Source: Gammaproteobacteria bacterium
GTDB lineage: Bacteria; Pseudomonadota; Gammaproteobacteria; Eutrophobiales; Eutrophobiaceae
Length of the DNA: 64,000 bases
Direction: 5' to 3'
NCBI GenBank assembly: GCA_965215365.1
Contig: CBDCDS010000003.1
Coordinates: 608,001-672,000, forward strand
Under the pieces are notes generated by a model. It was given only the letters and a program-made list of their open reading frames with translations, did no database searches and had not been told where the DNA came from. Position numbers and translations under genes: made by a program. Of the stretch, positions 21,055-31,828 are shown piece by piece; the first letter of the stretch is position 1; each line of letters opens with the position of its first letter.

Positions 21055-21100
21055 GAGCCCCCATGCAGTTTTGACCTTAAGGACTAACCCGCAAACAATC

Positions 21101-21421
21101 TCAGTACTGAGATTCGGGCGTCCTTACGATCAAGCCGTCCAGTTCCGGGGTCAGTTTTATCTGGCAACTGAGCCGGCTGTTGGGTTGTGGATTCATGACA
21201 AAATCGAGCATTTCCTTCTCCATGGTCTGGGCTTCGGGCAGTTTATCGAACCATTCCGGGTCCACAAAGACATGACAGGTGGCGCAACTGCAGGCGCCGC
21301 CGCATTCGGCAACGATGCCGTCCACCCCGTTGTTCACGGCAGTTTGCATGACACTCATACCTTCTTTGGCAGCTACCGTCGTTTCTTCCCCGTCGAACGC
21401 GATATAAGTAATTTTTGGCAT
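21101..21421 (-). CDS. 2Fe-2S ferredoxin (adrenodoxin/putidaredoxin type)
   Basis: CGGACSCATCHV and SRLSCQ. Confidence 0.95.
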   Translation of the reverse strand: MPKITYIAFDGEETTVAAKEGMSVMQTAVNNGVDGIVAECGGACSCATCHVFVDPEWFDKLPEAQTMEKEMLDFVMNPQPNSRLSCQIKLTPELDGLIVRTPESQY

Positions 21422-21855
21422 TTCCCCAACTCCGTACCCTACTGGCTTTTGGTAAATTCGCGTATTGCCGACAAATCCCGTCTGGCGTCCCTGGTGAGAC
21501 GGTATGTTGCCATACTATTCGCCCGTTACCGCTTTCATTTGACCGACCTCAAATCAACCTTTTCAGTCAGTATAAACGATTCATTTGATATGTTCCACCA
21601 GCCGATTTTTGCCAGCGAAATTCTCCTTTGATTTTCCATGCAATCTGTGTAATCTGTGGACATAAGGTAATCACTTATAACATGCGAGGTCAAAGCCATG
21701 CAGACCAGTGAACAGGAACAGAGCAGGCATGCAATCCTGCCGCAGAAAACAAAGTCAGCACAAGGCGCGGGCGGCAGCCTGAGGCTGCACCCGGCACCGG
21801 AGATTCCCCGTTATCACCCGGCCGCGGACGGGGTTGCCACGGCGGAGCAACCCGT

Positions 21856-23913
21856 ATGAGTTACCGCTTAGGTGTCGATGTGGGCGGTACCTTTACCGAC
21901 CTGTTACTGATCGATGAGCAGCGCGGCGCCACCTTCACCGCCAAGGTGCCGTCGACGCCTGAAGACTCATCCATCGGCGTACTGAACGGCATCGCCCGTA
22001 TCTGTGACACCGGCAACATCGACCCGGCCGGCATCTCCCGGGTCATGCACGGCACCACTGTGGCCACCAACGCGGTGCTGACCGGGCGCGGCGCCCGGGT
22101 CGGCTTGGTTACCACCGGCGGTTTCCGGCAGGTTTTGCAGGTGGCCCGTTCCTTCTGCCCGGGCGGTCTGGGCGGCTGGGTCAGTTTTGTCAAAAAGCCG
22201 CTGTTGGCGCCATTGGAACTGACCATAGAAGCGGATGAGCGTATCGACGCCCGCGGCAATATTATCCGGGCACTGGATGAGGAGGCGTTGCGACGCGACC
22301 TGCAAACGCTGCGCGCCAGGGGTGAAGTGGAGTCCCTGACCATCTGCTTCATCAACGCTTATATCAACGACGAGAATGAACGCCGCGCCGAAGCCATCGC
22401 CGGCGAGATTTTCACCGATGTCCCCATCTCCATCTCCAGCAAGGTGGTGCCGGAGATGCAGGAGTACGAGCGCACCGAGACCACGGTGGTGAACGCTTAC
22501 GTGCGACCGGAAGTCGCGAACTACATCACCAACCTGCAAGCTGCGCTGGCCGAGCAGATGGGCGAGGATGTAGTCCTGTCCATCCTGCGCTCCGACGGCG
22601 GTCTGGCCTCGGGTCGCGCCTCGGCGCAATCGCCGGTGAACATGCTCATGTCGGGCCCGGCCGGTGGAGTGACCGGCGCCTTGTATTTCTGCAGCCGCGC
22701 CGGTTATGACAACATCCTCACCTTCGACATGGGCGGCACCTCCACCGATGTGGCCCTGATCCAGAACGGCAAGGCCCGGGTGCGGCGGGAGACCATCGTC
22801 GGCGATGTGCGCGTGCGGGCGCCGTCGGTGGATGTGCGCACCGTTGGCGCTGGCGGCGGCTCCATCGCCTTCGTGCCGGAACTGACCCGCGCCCTGCGCG
22901 TGGGCCCGCAATCCGCCGGCGCCGTGCCCGGCCCGGCGGCCTACATGAAAGGCGGCGTCGAACCCACGGTATGCGATGCCAACGTGGTGCTGGGCTATCT
23001 GCCCGCAGCGGTGCAACTGGGCGGCGCCATGGCGATTGACAAGGCGGCGGCCGAGGCCGCGGTGCAAAAACTGGCCGATGCCACGGCTATCAGTCTGATG
23101 GAAGCGGCCGAGGGCATCATCAGGATCGTGAACGAATCCATGTTCGGCGCGTTGCGTCTGGTATCGGTGGAACAGGGCTACGACCCCAGGGATTTCTCCC
23201 TGGTCGGTTTTGGCGGCGCCGGCCCTTTACATGCCAACGCCCTGGGGATCCTGACCGGGTCCTGGCCGGTAATCATCCCACCCGGCCCCGGTGTCCTGTG
23301 CGCCTACGGCGATGCCACCACGCAGGTGCAGGACGAGGCGGCGCGCACCTATATCACCATGGCCGAGGACACCGACGCCGAAGCGTTGCTGCAAGACTTA
23401 GCGGCACTGCGCCAACGAGCATCGGAGTCGCTGACCGCAGACGGGGTAGCCCAGCAGGACTTGGACGCGGTGTACCAGGCCGACCTGCGCTACACCGGGC
23501 AAGCCTACCAGATCACACTGGATTTCACCGCAGAGGAGCTGCTGGAGCACGGCATTGCCGGCCTGACCCGGCGTTTTGACGCCGAGCACAAGCATCTGTT
23601 CACCTTCGATCTGGGCGAGGGCCATGAGATTGTGATGATACGGGCTATCGTCCGCGTCAGGCAGAAAGCCCTGGCCGAACTTGAGACCGGCAGCGCCGAC
23701 GCCCGGCTGGAAGACTGCAAGGTGCAGGACAGCCGCTATTATTATGAAGGCACCTGGCATGATGCCGTGATCTATGCGCGGGAAAAACTGCGTGAAGGGC
23801 TGGTAGCGCCGGGCCCGGCCATCATCTGCGAAATGGATTCGACCACCTTGATCCTGCCGGGCTACCAGGCACGCGTGGACGCCCTGGGCAATCTGATTCT
23901 TAACCCGGAGTAA
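21856..23913 (+). CDS. Hydantoinase/oxoprolinase subunit A
   Basis: GVDVGGTFTD, HGTTVATNA, SGPAGG, DMGGTSTD, GAGGGS. Confidence 0.95.
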   Translation: MSYRLGVDVGGTFTDLLLIDEQRGATFTAKVPSTPEDSSIGVLNGIARICDTGNIDPAGISRVMHGTTVATNAVLTGRGARVGLVTTGGFRQVLQVARSFCPGGLGGWVSFVKKPLLAPLELTIEADERIDARGNIIRALDEEALRRDLQTLRARGEVESLTICFINAYINDENERRAEAIAGEIFTDVPISISSKVVPEMQEYERTETTVVNAYVRPEVANYITNLQAALAEQMGEDVVLSILRSDGGLASGRASAQSPVNMLMSGPAGGVTGALYFCSRAGYDNILTFDMGGTSTDVALIQNGKARVRRETIVGDVRVRAPSVDVRTVGAGGGSIAFVPELTRALRVGPQSAGAVPGPAAYMKGGVEPTVCDANVVLGYLPAAVQLGGAMAIDKAAAEAAVQKLADATAISLMEAAEGIIRIVNESMFGALRLVSVEQGYDPRDFSLVGFGGAGPLHANALGILTGSWPVIIPPGPGVLCAYGDATTQVQDEAARTYITMAEDTDAEALLQDLAALRQRASESLTADGVAQQDLDAVYQADLRYTGQAYQITLDFTAEELLEHGIAGLTRRFDAEHKHLFTFDLGEGHEIVMIRAIVRVRQKALAELETGSADARLEDCKVQDSRYYYEGTWHDAVIYAREKLREGLVAPGPAIICEMDSTTLILPGYQARVDALGNLILNPE

Positions 23914-23919
23914 CAGGAC

Positions 23920-25770
23920 ATGGCCGGTAAAGTGATCGAACAGAACACCACCCCGCTGCAACGCGTCCCGGTCGATACCGTCACCGTGGACATCATCGAA
24001 AATGCCCTGCGCAATGTGCGCGTGGAGATGGACGCGGTATTATTCCGCACCGCCATGTCGCCCGGCATCCGCGAGCAGGGCGACTGCTTCCCCATGGTCG
24101 CAAATCGGGCCGGCAAGATGGTAGTCGGGCAGTTCGGCTCCTTCATTCATGGCTTGATGGACGCCTACCAGGGGGAGCTGGAAGAAGGTGATGTGCTGCT
24201 CACCAATGACCCGTACATGTGTGGCGCGGCAGTCTCCCACCTGCCGGACTGGATCGTACTGGTGCCCATCTTCAAGGACCATCGGCATATCGCCTGGTCT
24301 GCCATGTTCGGCCACATGTCGGATAACGGCGGCATGACTCCGGGCAGCATTCCGGTACAAGCGACCAACATCTTCCAGGAAGGCATTCGCATCCCGCCGA
24401 CCAAGCTGTATCGCAACGGGGAATTGCAAGCCGACATGCTCGAACTGATTCTGCACAATGTGCGCACCCCGCAATGGAACCGCTTTGACTTAAATGCCCT
24501 GGTGGCGGCTTGCAATACCGCTGCGCGGCGCTGCGCGGAACTGGCCGAACGCTTCGGCGATGACGTGTTCTACTCCACCATGGAAGTGATGCTGGAGCGC
24601 AACCATAGCGCCATGCAGCAGATCATCGAGATGATCGTGCCGGAACAACCCCGCAGTTTTGAGGACTACGTGTGTGATGATGGCGTGGGCAACGGCCCCT
24701 ACAAGATCAAGTGCACCCTCTGGCGCGAAGGCTCGCGCGCCATTTTTGACTTTGCCGGCACCGACCCGCAAGCGAACAGCTCGATCAATTTCTTCCTGAG
24801 TGAGGACATGTTCAGGATGTTCTTTGGCGCCTTCACCATCAACCTGTTCGACCCGCAGATCCTGTTCAATGACGGGTTCTACGACCTGGTCGAGGTGCGC
24901 ATCCCCCAAGGTTCGCTGCTGAAACCGAACTACCCCGCGGCCCTGTCCGGCCGTACCCATGCCTTGGGGCGGATTTTTGATGTGATGGGCGGCCTGCTCG
25001 GCCAGGGCGCGCCGGAAGCCCTGAACGCAGCCGGCTTCTCCGACAGCCCACACCTGTTCTATTCCGGCTATGACGACAACGGCGAGTGGTTCCAGCTGTT
25101 CCAGATCGGCTTCGGCGGCATCCCCGGCCGCCCCGCTGGCGACGGCCCGGACGGCCATTCGCTGTGGCCGAGCTTTACCAACGTGCCGAATGAGTTTATC
25201 GAAGCCTACTTCCCGTTGCGCATTGAAAAATACGAACCCATAGCCGATTCCGGCGGCGCCGGCCTGCACCGCGGCGGCAACGGCCTGAGCGTGGCTTACC
25301 GCTTCCTGTGTGACGGTGCCATTGCCATCCACGATGAACGCTGGCTCACCTATCCCTGGGGTGTGAACGGCGGCGAGCCGGGACAGCGTTCCAGCAAACA
25401 GCTGGTACGCGCCGACGGCACCGAGCAATGGCTGCCCGCCAAGTGCGAGGGGGTAGCAGTAAAAGTCGGCGACATCCTGTATTTCAACACCTGGGGCGGC
25501 GGCGGCTGGGGCGACCCGTACCAGCGCGATCCCGAAATCGTGCGGCTGGACGTGGAACGCGGCCTGGTCAGTGCCGCCGGCGCCCGGCGCTACGGCGTTG
25601 TACTACACGATGACGGTAGCGTCGATGCAGCGGCCACGGACGCCCTGCGCGCGCAACTGAGCGCCGACAGAGGCGCAACGCCGATGTTCAACTTCGGCGG
25701 AACCATCGAGGACATCAAGGCCCGCGCGCTGGCAGAAACCCACCTGCCACCACCACAGACGCCGGGTTAG
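23920..25770 (+). CDS. Hydantoinase B/oxoprolinase subunit
   Basis: TNDPY, HLPD, HMSDNGG, DSGGAG, GGGGWGDP. Confidence 0.95.
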   Translation: MAGKVIEQNTTPLQRVPVDTVTVDIIENALRNVRVEMDAVLFRTAMSPGIREQGDCFPMVANRAGKMVVGQFGSFIHGLMDAYQGELEEGDVLLTNDPYMCGAAVSHLPDWIVLVPIFKDHRHIAWSAMFGHMSDNGGMTPGSIPVQATNIFQEGIRIPPTKLYRNGELQADMLELILHNVRTPQWNRFDLNALVAACNTAARRCAELAERFGDDVFYSTMEVMLERNHSAMQQIIEMIVPEQPRSFEDYVCDDGVGNGPYKIKCTLWREGSRAIFDFAGTDPQANSSINFFLSEDMFRMFFGAFTINLFDPQILFNDGFYDLVEVRIPQGSLLKPNYPAALSGRTHALGRIFDVMGGLLGQGAPEALNAAGFSDSPHLFYSGYDDNGEWFQLFQIGFGGIPGRPAGDGPDGHSLWPSFTNVPNEFIEAYFPLRIEKYEPIADSGGAGLHRGGNGLSVAYRFLCDGAIAIHDERWLTYPWGVNGGEPGQRSSKQLVRADGTEQWLPAKCEGVAVKVGDILYFNTWGGGGWGDPYQRDPEIVRLDVERGLVSAAGARRYGVVLHDDGSVDAAATDALRAQLSADRGATPMFNFGGTIEDIKARALAETHLPPPQTPG

Positions 25771-25798
25771 GGTTGACCGGGGAAATCAGCAGCAGGTT

Positions 25799-26029
25799 TT
25801 AATTCACACTATCCGGGGCGGATGGCATATCAATGTTCCATGCCTCCATCAACAATGCCAACTGTCCCTCAATACGCGCCGTGCGCTGCTGTAAATCCAC
25901 TACATCTCCTCTGATTCCGGCAATCTCCCCCTTTATTCCACTCTGCCCGGACAAGATCAAGCCAGCCAACAATGCGCCTACTGCAAAAATACTGATAATG
26001 ATGCTGGTAACATCCGTTAGTTTGTACAT
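25799..26029 (-). CDS. Small membrane-anchored coiled-coil protein
   Basis: GGAGG RBS; one hydrophobic helix followed by IKGEIAGIRGDVVDLQQRTARIEGQL. Confidence 0.7.
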   Translation of the reverse strand: MYKLTDVTSIIISIFAVGALLAGLILSGQSGIKGEIAGIRGDVVDLQQRTARIEGQLALLMEAWNIDMPSAPDSVN

Positions 26030-26119
26030 AACAGCCTCCTTTATTTGGGTAGCGCAAGTCTAGCGTGCCATTGAGATAATGGCAAGCACCAGTTCCGAGG
26101 CCGGGAGATAGAAACCTGC

Positions 26120-26935
26120 ATGTGGCGTCGTCGCAAGTCTATCAGTGACGCCGATTGGGTGGCCGCGCTGGACGCTGTTCCCATGCTTGCCCCGCTTGCT
26201 GACGCTGAGCGCTTACAACTCAGGGAACTGTCTGCGCGTTTTATCGCCAGCAAATCCATTGAACCGGTGCGCGGACAGCGCCTCGATACGGCTGATCTTG
26301 TTGTGTTGGCCGCGCAAGCCTGCCTGCCGGTACTGGCCCTGGGTCTTGAGGCTTACGCCTCGTGGCAGAGTGTTGTGGTTTATCCCGGCGGGTTTGTTGC
26401 GCGTGAACGCGAGGTGGACGAAGCCGGGGTCGAACACGAATGGGATGAGGCACGCGCCGGCGAGTCCTGGTTGCGCGGCCCGGTCATCCTGTCCTGGGAG
26501 GACGTTCTGGCCTCAGGACAAGGCGAGGGTTATAACGTCGTCATCCACGAGATGGCGCACAAGCTCGATATGCTCGACGGCGAGGCCAACGGCCGCCCGC
26601 CACTGCACCGGGAGATGGACGCAGAGCTCTGGCGCCGCGACTTCCGCGCCGCCTTCGACGACCTGAAACGTCGTATCGATGCCGGTGAGAAATCGGCAAT
26701 CGATGACTACGCAACCACCGACCCCGGTGAGTTCTTTGCCGTGACCAGCGAGTATTTCTTTGACGCCCCCGGTGTGCTTGCCGACGAGTATCCGGCCGTT
26801 TATACGCGCCTGAGCGAATTCTATCGCCAGCGCCCACGCGCGCGCTTTGAGCGGTCAAAAGCAGTTTATCGTGAAAAGTTGCCGGGCAAGGGCAATAACA
26901 GTACCATTGACTCAGCTCATCCGCCCAGAAGATAA
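26120..26935 (+). CDS. mtfA: M90 zinc peptidase / Mlc titration factor
   Basis: AQACLPVL, NVVIHEMAHKLD, EFFAVTSEYFF. Confidence 0.88.
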   Translation: MWRRRKSISDADWVAALDAVPMLAPLADAERLQLRELSARFIASKSIEPVRGQRLDTADLVVLAAQACLPVLALGLEAYASWQSVVVYPGGFVAREREVDEAGVEHEWDEARAGESWLRGPVILSWEDVLASGQGEGYNVVIHEMAHKLDMLDGEANGRPPLHREMDAELWRRDFRAAFDDLKRRIDAGEKSAIDDYATTDPGEFFAVTSEYFFDAPGVLADEYPAVYTRLSEFYRQRPRARFERSKAVYREKLPGKGNNSTIDSAHPPRR

Positions 26936-26967
26936 AATTACACAAAGAAAATGACCACCGAACAACT

Positions 26968-27330
26968 TTGGGGGACAGAGGAATCCCCTTAGAAAATCTG
27001 ACGGGTTCGGAACATGACGACATCCTGGCAGGTGACCGGCGTGATAACTTTCTCATTGGCGGCGGCGGGCACGACACCTTCAAGCTCTCCACCGACCCGT
27101 TCTTTTATGCCTCGTGGCTCAACCAAGTGGAGCGATGGTTCGGACTCATCACGCAACAGGCTATCCGACGCGGCTCCTTCTCCTCAGTGAAACAACTTGT
27201 CAACAAAATCAACCAATTTGTGAACCACTACAATGATAACTCTCGCCCCTTCGTCTGGACTGCCACGGCTGAATCCATCCTCAACAAAGTAGAAAGATTA
27301 TGCACAGTTATTTCCGGGACAGCACACTAG
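26968..27330 (+). pseudogene. Chimeric remnant: RTX/hemolysin-type Ca-binding fragment fused to an IS630 transposase C-terminus
   Basis: ENLTGSEHDDILAGD...GGGGHDTF then SWLNQVERWF...RRGSFSSV...PFVWTAT; ends GGGACAGCACAC-TAG. Confidence 0.8.
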
Positions 27331-27586
27331 AGGTGGCCATTCAAGCGGATTTATGCCCTTGTGCGGGTGCCGACCAGAGTTTTTCCAGTTGGTAATAGTC
27401 TCTGGTATCGGGGTGCATGACGTGGGCAATGACGTCGCCGAAGTCGATCAGAATCCACTCTGCCTGCTGCCGGCCTTCCACACCCAGCGGTCTGATCTGC
27501 CGGGCCCGCGCCACCTCTATCACCTTGTCCGCAATGGCCTTGACCTGACGGTCGGAAGCGCCGCTAGCGATGATCATGTAATCGGT
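27283..27586. repeat. 304-bp direct repeat, left copy (IS1634 target duplication; contains the 3' part of rsfS)
   Basis: Matches 29481-29784; both copies abut the IS TIRs exactly. Confidence 0.93.
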
Positions 27587-29480
27587 CCCGACTTCGACGG
27601 TCTGGTGCTTACTTTATCTGAAAATCTCTTGTAAATCAAAACGTGTTTTGGAGCAGGCAGTTGTAGTGCCTAGTTGATATTTGTAGCTTGACATTGTGGG
27701 CGGCGCGTGGTATCCTCCGGGCTATGTTCGTGCGCGTCAAAACCACCCCCAACAGCCCGCGTCAATCCGTACAACTCGTCGAGTCAGTGCGTGACGGCAA
27801 GGCCGTGCGCCAGCGCATTGTGCGCCATATCGGTATTGCCTTCGATGAAGACGAGCTCGTCCGGCTCAAAGACTTAGCCGAAGTGGTCAAAGCCAAACTT
27901 CAGGCCGAGACCCAGCCCGAGCTGTTCCCGCCCGAAGATGTCGCCGAGCAACTCAGCGCCGCCCGCGCCCGGCAGGACGACTCACCGCTGAAAGTCGAGC
28001 TCAAAGCCCTGCGGGAAACCCAGCGTGTCATCAGCGGCATCCATGCGGTGTACGGCGCCGTGTACGAGGACTTAGGGCTGTCCCGGTTGCTGCCAGCCTG
28101 GCGCTACCGGGCCTCGCACAAAGCGCTGTTCCATACGGTGATGGCGCGCCTAGCCAACCCGGACAGCAAACGGGCCAGTGTGCGCGCCCTGACAGCCGAC
28201 TTCGGCGTGCAAGTGTCCCTGCCCCAAATCTACCGCATGATGGACTTGCTCGATGCGGCCTGTATCGAACGCCTCAATACCCTGGCCGAGACCCAAGCCC
28301 GGGCGCTGCTCGGCGGGCCGCTACGCGTGCTGTTCTTCGATTGCACCACCTTGTACTTTGAATCATTCACCGACGATGAGCTCAAACAACCCGGCTACAG
28401 CAAAGACGCCAAGTTCAAAGAATGCCAGGTGCTGCTGGCCCTGGCCGTCACCGACACCGGCCTGCCCGTGCGCTACACCGTGCTGCCCGGCGCCACCTTC
28501 GAGGGACACAGCCTCATCCCGGTGGTCAAAGCCTTACAAACCGACTGTCAGGCCGACAACGCCGTGGTCGTTGCCGACCGGGGGCTGCTGAGCAGGGATA
28601 ACCTCAGCGCCTTAGAGGACGCCGGCCTGCACTACATCGTCGGTGCCCGACTCAAGTCCCTGCCGCACGCCCTGCAAACCCAAGTGCTCGATGAAGACCG
28701 CTATGAGACCCTGACAGATAGCGACGGACTGCGGGTGGCGGACCTACCCCACGACTCCCGCCGTCTGGTGGTGGGCTACTCCCCAGTGCGTGCCGAGAAA
28801 GACCGGCATGACCGCGACCAGGCCATCGCCAAGCTCCGTGAGAAACTGGCCAAAAGCCAAAACCCCAAAGACCTGCTCAACAACTACGGTTATAAGAAAT
28901 ACCTCAAGGTAGACGGCAACAGTACCCTCAGCGTCAACCCCGATAAAATTGCCCAAGCACAACGCTGGGACGGCCTGCACGGGGTTATCACCAACCTGCC
29001 AACATCTACCACCGCCCCCGCCATCTTAAGCCAGTATCGCGGCCTGTGGCAGGTCGAAGATACCTTCCGGGTAAGTAAGCACGATCTCAAGATAAGACCC
29101 ATCTACCACTGGACCCCCCGACGCATCGAAGCCCACATCGCCATCGCCTTTATGTCCCTGCTCTGTGTCCGACACCTGCAATACCGCATGACCCTGCAAG
29201 CCAAGCCGGTCTCCCCCGAAGTCATCCGCAACGCGCTGGCCCACGTGCAGCACAGTGTCCTGACACATCAACAGACACACCGCCGCTACGTGATTCCCTC
29301 CGCCATCAGTGAAACCGCCCGGCGCCTCTACAAAATCATGGGATTGAGTCACTCCACCACCCCCTACGAGCTCAAATAGCCCGCCCCTGAGAACGCCGAA
29401 ACAAGGCAATTGTAGTGCCTACGGGTCAACGCGCCTTCAATAAAATCAATCAGTTAGAGAAATAAACCGTCGAAGTCGGG
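27587..29480 (+). mobile_element. IS1634-family element
   Basis: Perfect 15-bp TIR CCCGACTTCGACGGT; long flanking direct repeat. Confidence 0.92.
27724..29379 (+). CDS. IS1634 transposase
   Basis: FFDCTTLYFE, GYSKD, VADRG, YRGLWQVEDTFR, RPIYHW; TTGACA-17-TATCCT lies 7 nt before the ATG. Confidence 0.93.
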   Translation: MFVRVKTTPNSPRQSVQLVESVRDGKAVRQRIVRHIGIAFDEDELVRLKDLAEVVKAKLQAETQPELFPPEDVAEQLSAARARQDDSPLKVELKALRETQRVISGIHAVYGAVYEDLGLSRLLPAWRYRASHKALFHTVMARLANPDSKRASVRALTADFGVQVSLPQIYRMMDLLDAACIERLNTLAETQARALLGGPLRVLFFDCTTLYFESFTDDELKQPGYSKDAKFKECQVLLALAVTDTGLPVRYTVLPGATFEGHSLIPVVKALQTDCQADNAVVVADRGLLSRDNLSALEDAGLHYIVGARLKSLPHALQTQVLDEDRYETLTDSDGLRVADLPHDSRRLVVGYSPVRAEKDRHDRDQAIAKLREKLAKSQNPKDLLNNYGYKKYLKVDGNSTLSVNPDKIAQAQRWDGLHGVITNLPTSTTAPAILSQYRGLWQVEDTFRVSKHDLKIRPIYHWTPRRIEAHIAIAFMSLLCVRHLQYRMTLQAKPVSPEVIRNALAHVQHSVLTHQQTHRRYVIPSAISETARRLYKIMGLSHSTTPYELK

Positions 29481-29784
29481 AACAAAGTAGAAAGATTATG
29501 CACAGTTATTTCCGGGACAGCACACTAGAGGTGGCCATTCAAGCGGATTTATGCCCTTGTGCGGGTGCCGACCAGAGTTTTTCCAGTTGGTAATAGTCTC
29601 TGGTATCGGGGTGCATGACGTGGGCAATGACGTCGCCGAAGTCGATCAGAATCCACTCTGCCTGCTGCCGGCCTTCCACACCCAGCGGTCTGATCTGCCG
29701 GGCCCGCGCCACCTCTATCACCTTGTCCGCAATGGCCTTGACCTGACGGTCGGAAGCGCCGCTAGCGATGATCATGTAATCGGT
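29481..29784. repeat. 304-bp direct repeat, right copy
   Basis: Matches 27283-27586. Confidence 0.93.
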
Positions 29785-29877
29785 CATGGGGCTCGATGCG
29801 CGTACATCGAAGGTCTGTATGTCCCGGGCTTTAAGGTCGTCCATGGTGGCGGCGAGCAGACGGGTGAGGCTGTTCAT
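29539..29877 (-). CDS. rsfS: Ribosome silencing factor
   Basis: DLKARDI, IIASGASDRQVKAIAD, WILIDFGDV, YYQLEKLW. Confidence 0.95.
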   Translation of the reverse strand: MNSLTRLLAATMDDLKARDIQTFDVRASSPMTDYMIIASGASDRQVKAIADKVIEVARARQIRPLGVEGRQQAEWILIDFGDVIAHVMHPDTRDYYQLEKLWSAPAQGHKSA

Positions 29878-30587
29878 GTGTATAACTGGCGCTCCTTGAT
29901 GTAAGCGTGGACGCCGGGGGGCAGGAGACGCTCTGCAGGCCCCGCTTCGTGCAGCAATGCGCGCGCCTGTGACGATGAAATATCCGGGACTGTGAGCGCG
30001 GCGCGGTGGATACAGCCGGCCCGGCGCTCATGCAGGCGCGCCGCGTCAGGGCAGGCGCGCGCGTCATAATACTCGCGCAACGGTTCGCGCCAGGTCGTTG
30101 GCCGCGCCGCGCCCCGGTCGATGATCACCAGGTGTGCATGGTCGGTGAGCTCGCGCCAGCGGCGCCAGCTGGGCAGGGTGGCAAACGCGTCCGCGCCCAG
30201 GATGAAACAGAATGATTGCTGCGGCGCGGCGGCGCGCAGGCTGAGCAAGGTGTCGATAGTGTAGGACATCCCGCCCCGGTCGATCTCGATGGCACTGGAG
30301 GTCAGTTGCGGATAGGGCCGCAACGCCAGTTCCAGCATGGCCAGCCGCGGCTGCGGCCCGGCGCTGGCAACGACTTTATGGGGTGGGATATGAGCCGGGA
30401 TAAAACGCACTTCCTGCAGATCCAGGATGTCGAGACAGGCCCGTGCAATCTGAATATGAACGCTATGCACCGGATCAAAGGCGCCACCAAGCAAACCGAT
30501 GGGCTTCCCTTCACTCACTGCCGGGCGTCTCGAAGGTGCTGTGAGCGGCGCTTTCAGGGGTTCCTTACTCTCTGATATGACCATCAC
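29874..30587 (-). CDS. nadD: Nicotinate-nucleotide adenylyltransferase (true start may be GTG at 30518)
   Basis: [28 protein letters not shown]; lies between proA and rsfS. Confidence 0.93.
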   Translation of the reverse strand: MMVISESKEPLKAPLTAPSRRPAVSEGKPIGLLGGAFDPVHSVHIQIARACLDILDLQEVRFIPAHIPPHKVVASAGPQPRLAMLELALRPYPQLTSSAIEIDRGGMSYTIDTLLSLRAAAPQQSFCFILGADAFATLPSWRRWRELTDHAHLVIIDRGAARPTTWREPLREYYDARACPDAARLHERRAGCIHRAALTVPDISSSQARALLHEAGPAERLLPPGVHAYIKERQLYT

Positions 30588-31821
30588 CGATAACGATGAA
30601 CTTCTGCGAGGTCAACCCTTCCAGCCCCACCGGGCCGCGCGCATGGAACTTGTCGGTGCTGATGCCGATCTCCGCGCCCAGGCCGTACTCATAACCGTCG
30701 GCGAAGCGGGTCGAGGCATTCACCATGACCGAACTGGAATCGACCTCGGCTAGGAAGCGCCGGGCGTGGGCCAGGTTTTCGGTGACAATGGCGTCGGTGT
30801 GCCTCGAGCCGTAGCGCGCGATATGTTGCAGCGCTTCATCGAGGCCGCTGACGACCCGCAACGACATGATCGGTGCCAGATACTCCGTATAGTAATCCGC
30901 GTCGGTCGCAGCCGTTATCTGCGGCAGGATTTGCCGGGCCCGGGCATCGCCGCGTATCTCCACGCCGGCCTCAGCCAGCATGGGGCCGAGGCGCGCCAGC
31001 ACGGCTTCGGCTTGCGCCTCTGCCAACAGCAGGCACTCCATGGTGCAGCAGGTGCCGTAACGCTGGGTCTTGGCGTTATAGGCGATGGTGACGGCCTTGT
31101 CCACATCCGCATGCGTATCCACATAGACATGGCAGACCCCGTCCAGATGCTTGATCACCGGCATTCTGGCCTCCTTGCTGATGCGTTCGATGAGCCCCTT
31201 GCCGCCGCGCGGGATAATCACGTCGATATACTCGCTCAGGGTCAGCAGCTCGCCCACCGCGGCGCGGTCGGTAGTCTCTACCACCTGCACCGCCGCGCCC
31301 GGCAGGCTGGCGTCCTGCAAGCCGGCGGCAATGGCGGCGGCAACGGCCTGATTAGAATTGATCGCCTCGGAGCCGCCTCTCAGGACGGTCGCATTGCCGG
31401 ATTTTATGCACAGGCCGGCGGCGTCGGCGGTGACGTTGGGGCGGGACTCGTAGATAATGCCCACCACCCCCAGCGGCACGCGCATCCGCCCCACCTGAAT
31501 CCCGGTCGGCCGATAGTTCAGATCCGTGACCGCGCCGATAGGATCCGGCAACGCCGCCACCTGTTGCAAGCCGTCAGCCATGGCCTCGAGGCGCGCCGGG
31601 GTCAACTCCAACCGGTCCAGCAATGGCGCCGCCAGCTGTTGTTCCCGCGCCGCGGCAAGGTCGGTGGCATTCGCTGCGAAAATGGTTTCGCGGCGCGCTC
31701 GCAGATGTTCGGCCACGGCCGCCAGCGCAGCGTTTTTTGCGCCCGTGTCGGCGCGCGCCATAGCCCGCGCCGCGTCCCGCGCGGCGCGCCCCAGTGACTG
31801 CATATAATCCCGAATAGTCAT
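30565..31821 (-). CDS. proA: Gamma-glutamyl phosphate reductase
   Basis: [34 protein letters not shown]. Confidence 0.97.
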   Translation of the reverse strand: MTIRDYMQSLGRAARDAARAMARADTGAKNAALAAVAEHLRARRETIFAANATDLAAAREQQLAAPLLDRLELTPARLEAMADGLQQVAALPDPIGAVTDLNYRPTGIQVGRMRVPLGVVGIIYESRPNVTADAAGLCIKSGNATVLRGGSEAINSNQAVAAAIAAGLQDASLPGAAVQVVETTDRAAVGELLTLSEYIDVIIPRGGKGLIERISKEARMPVIKHLDGVCHVYVDTHADVDKAVTIAYNAKTQRYGTCCTMECLLLAEAQAEAVLARLGPMLAEAGVEIRGDARARQILPQITAATDADYYTEYLAPIMSLRVVSGLDEALQHIARYGSRHTDAIVTENLAHARRFLAEVDSSSVMVNASTRFADGYEYGLGAEIGISTDKFHARGPVGLEGLTSQKFIVIGDGHIRE

Positions 31822-31828
31822 GCGGTTG

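Noticed and set aside
27341-27577. Second rsfS gene
   Set aside because: 5'-truncated by-product of the IS1634 target duplication
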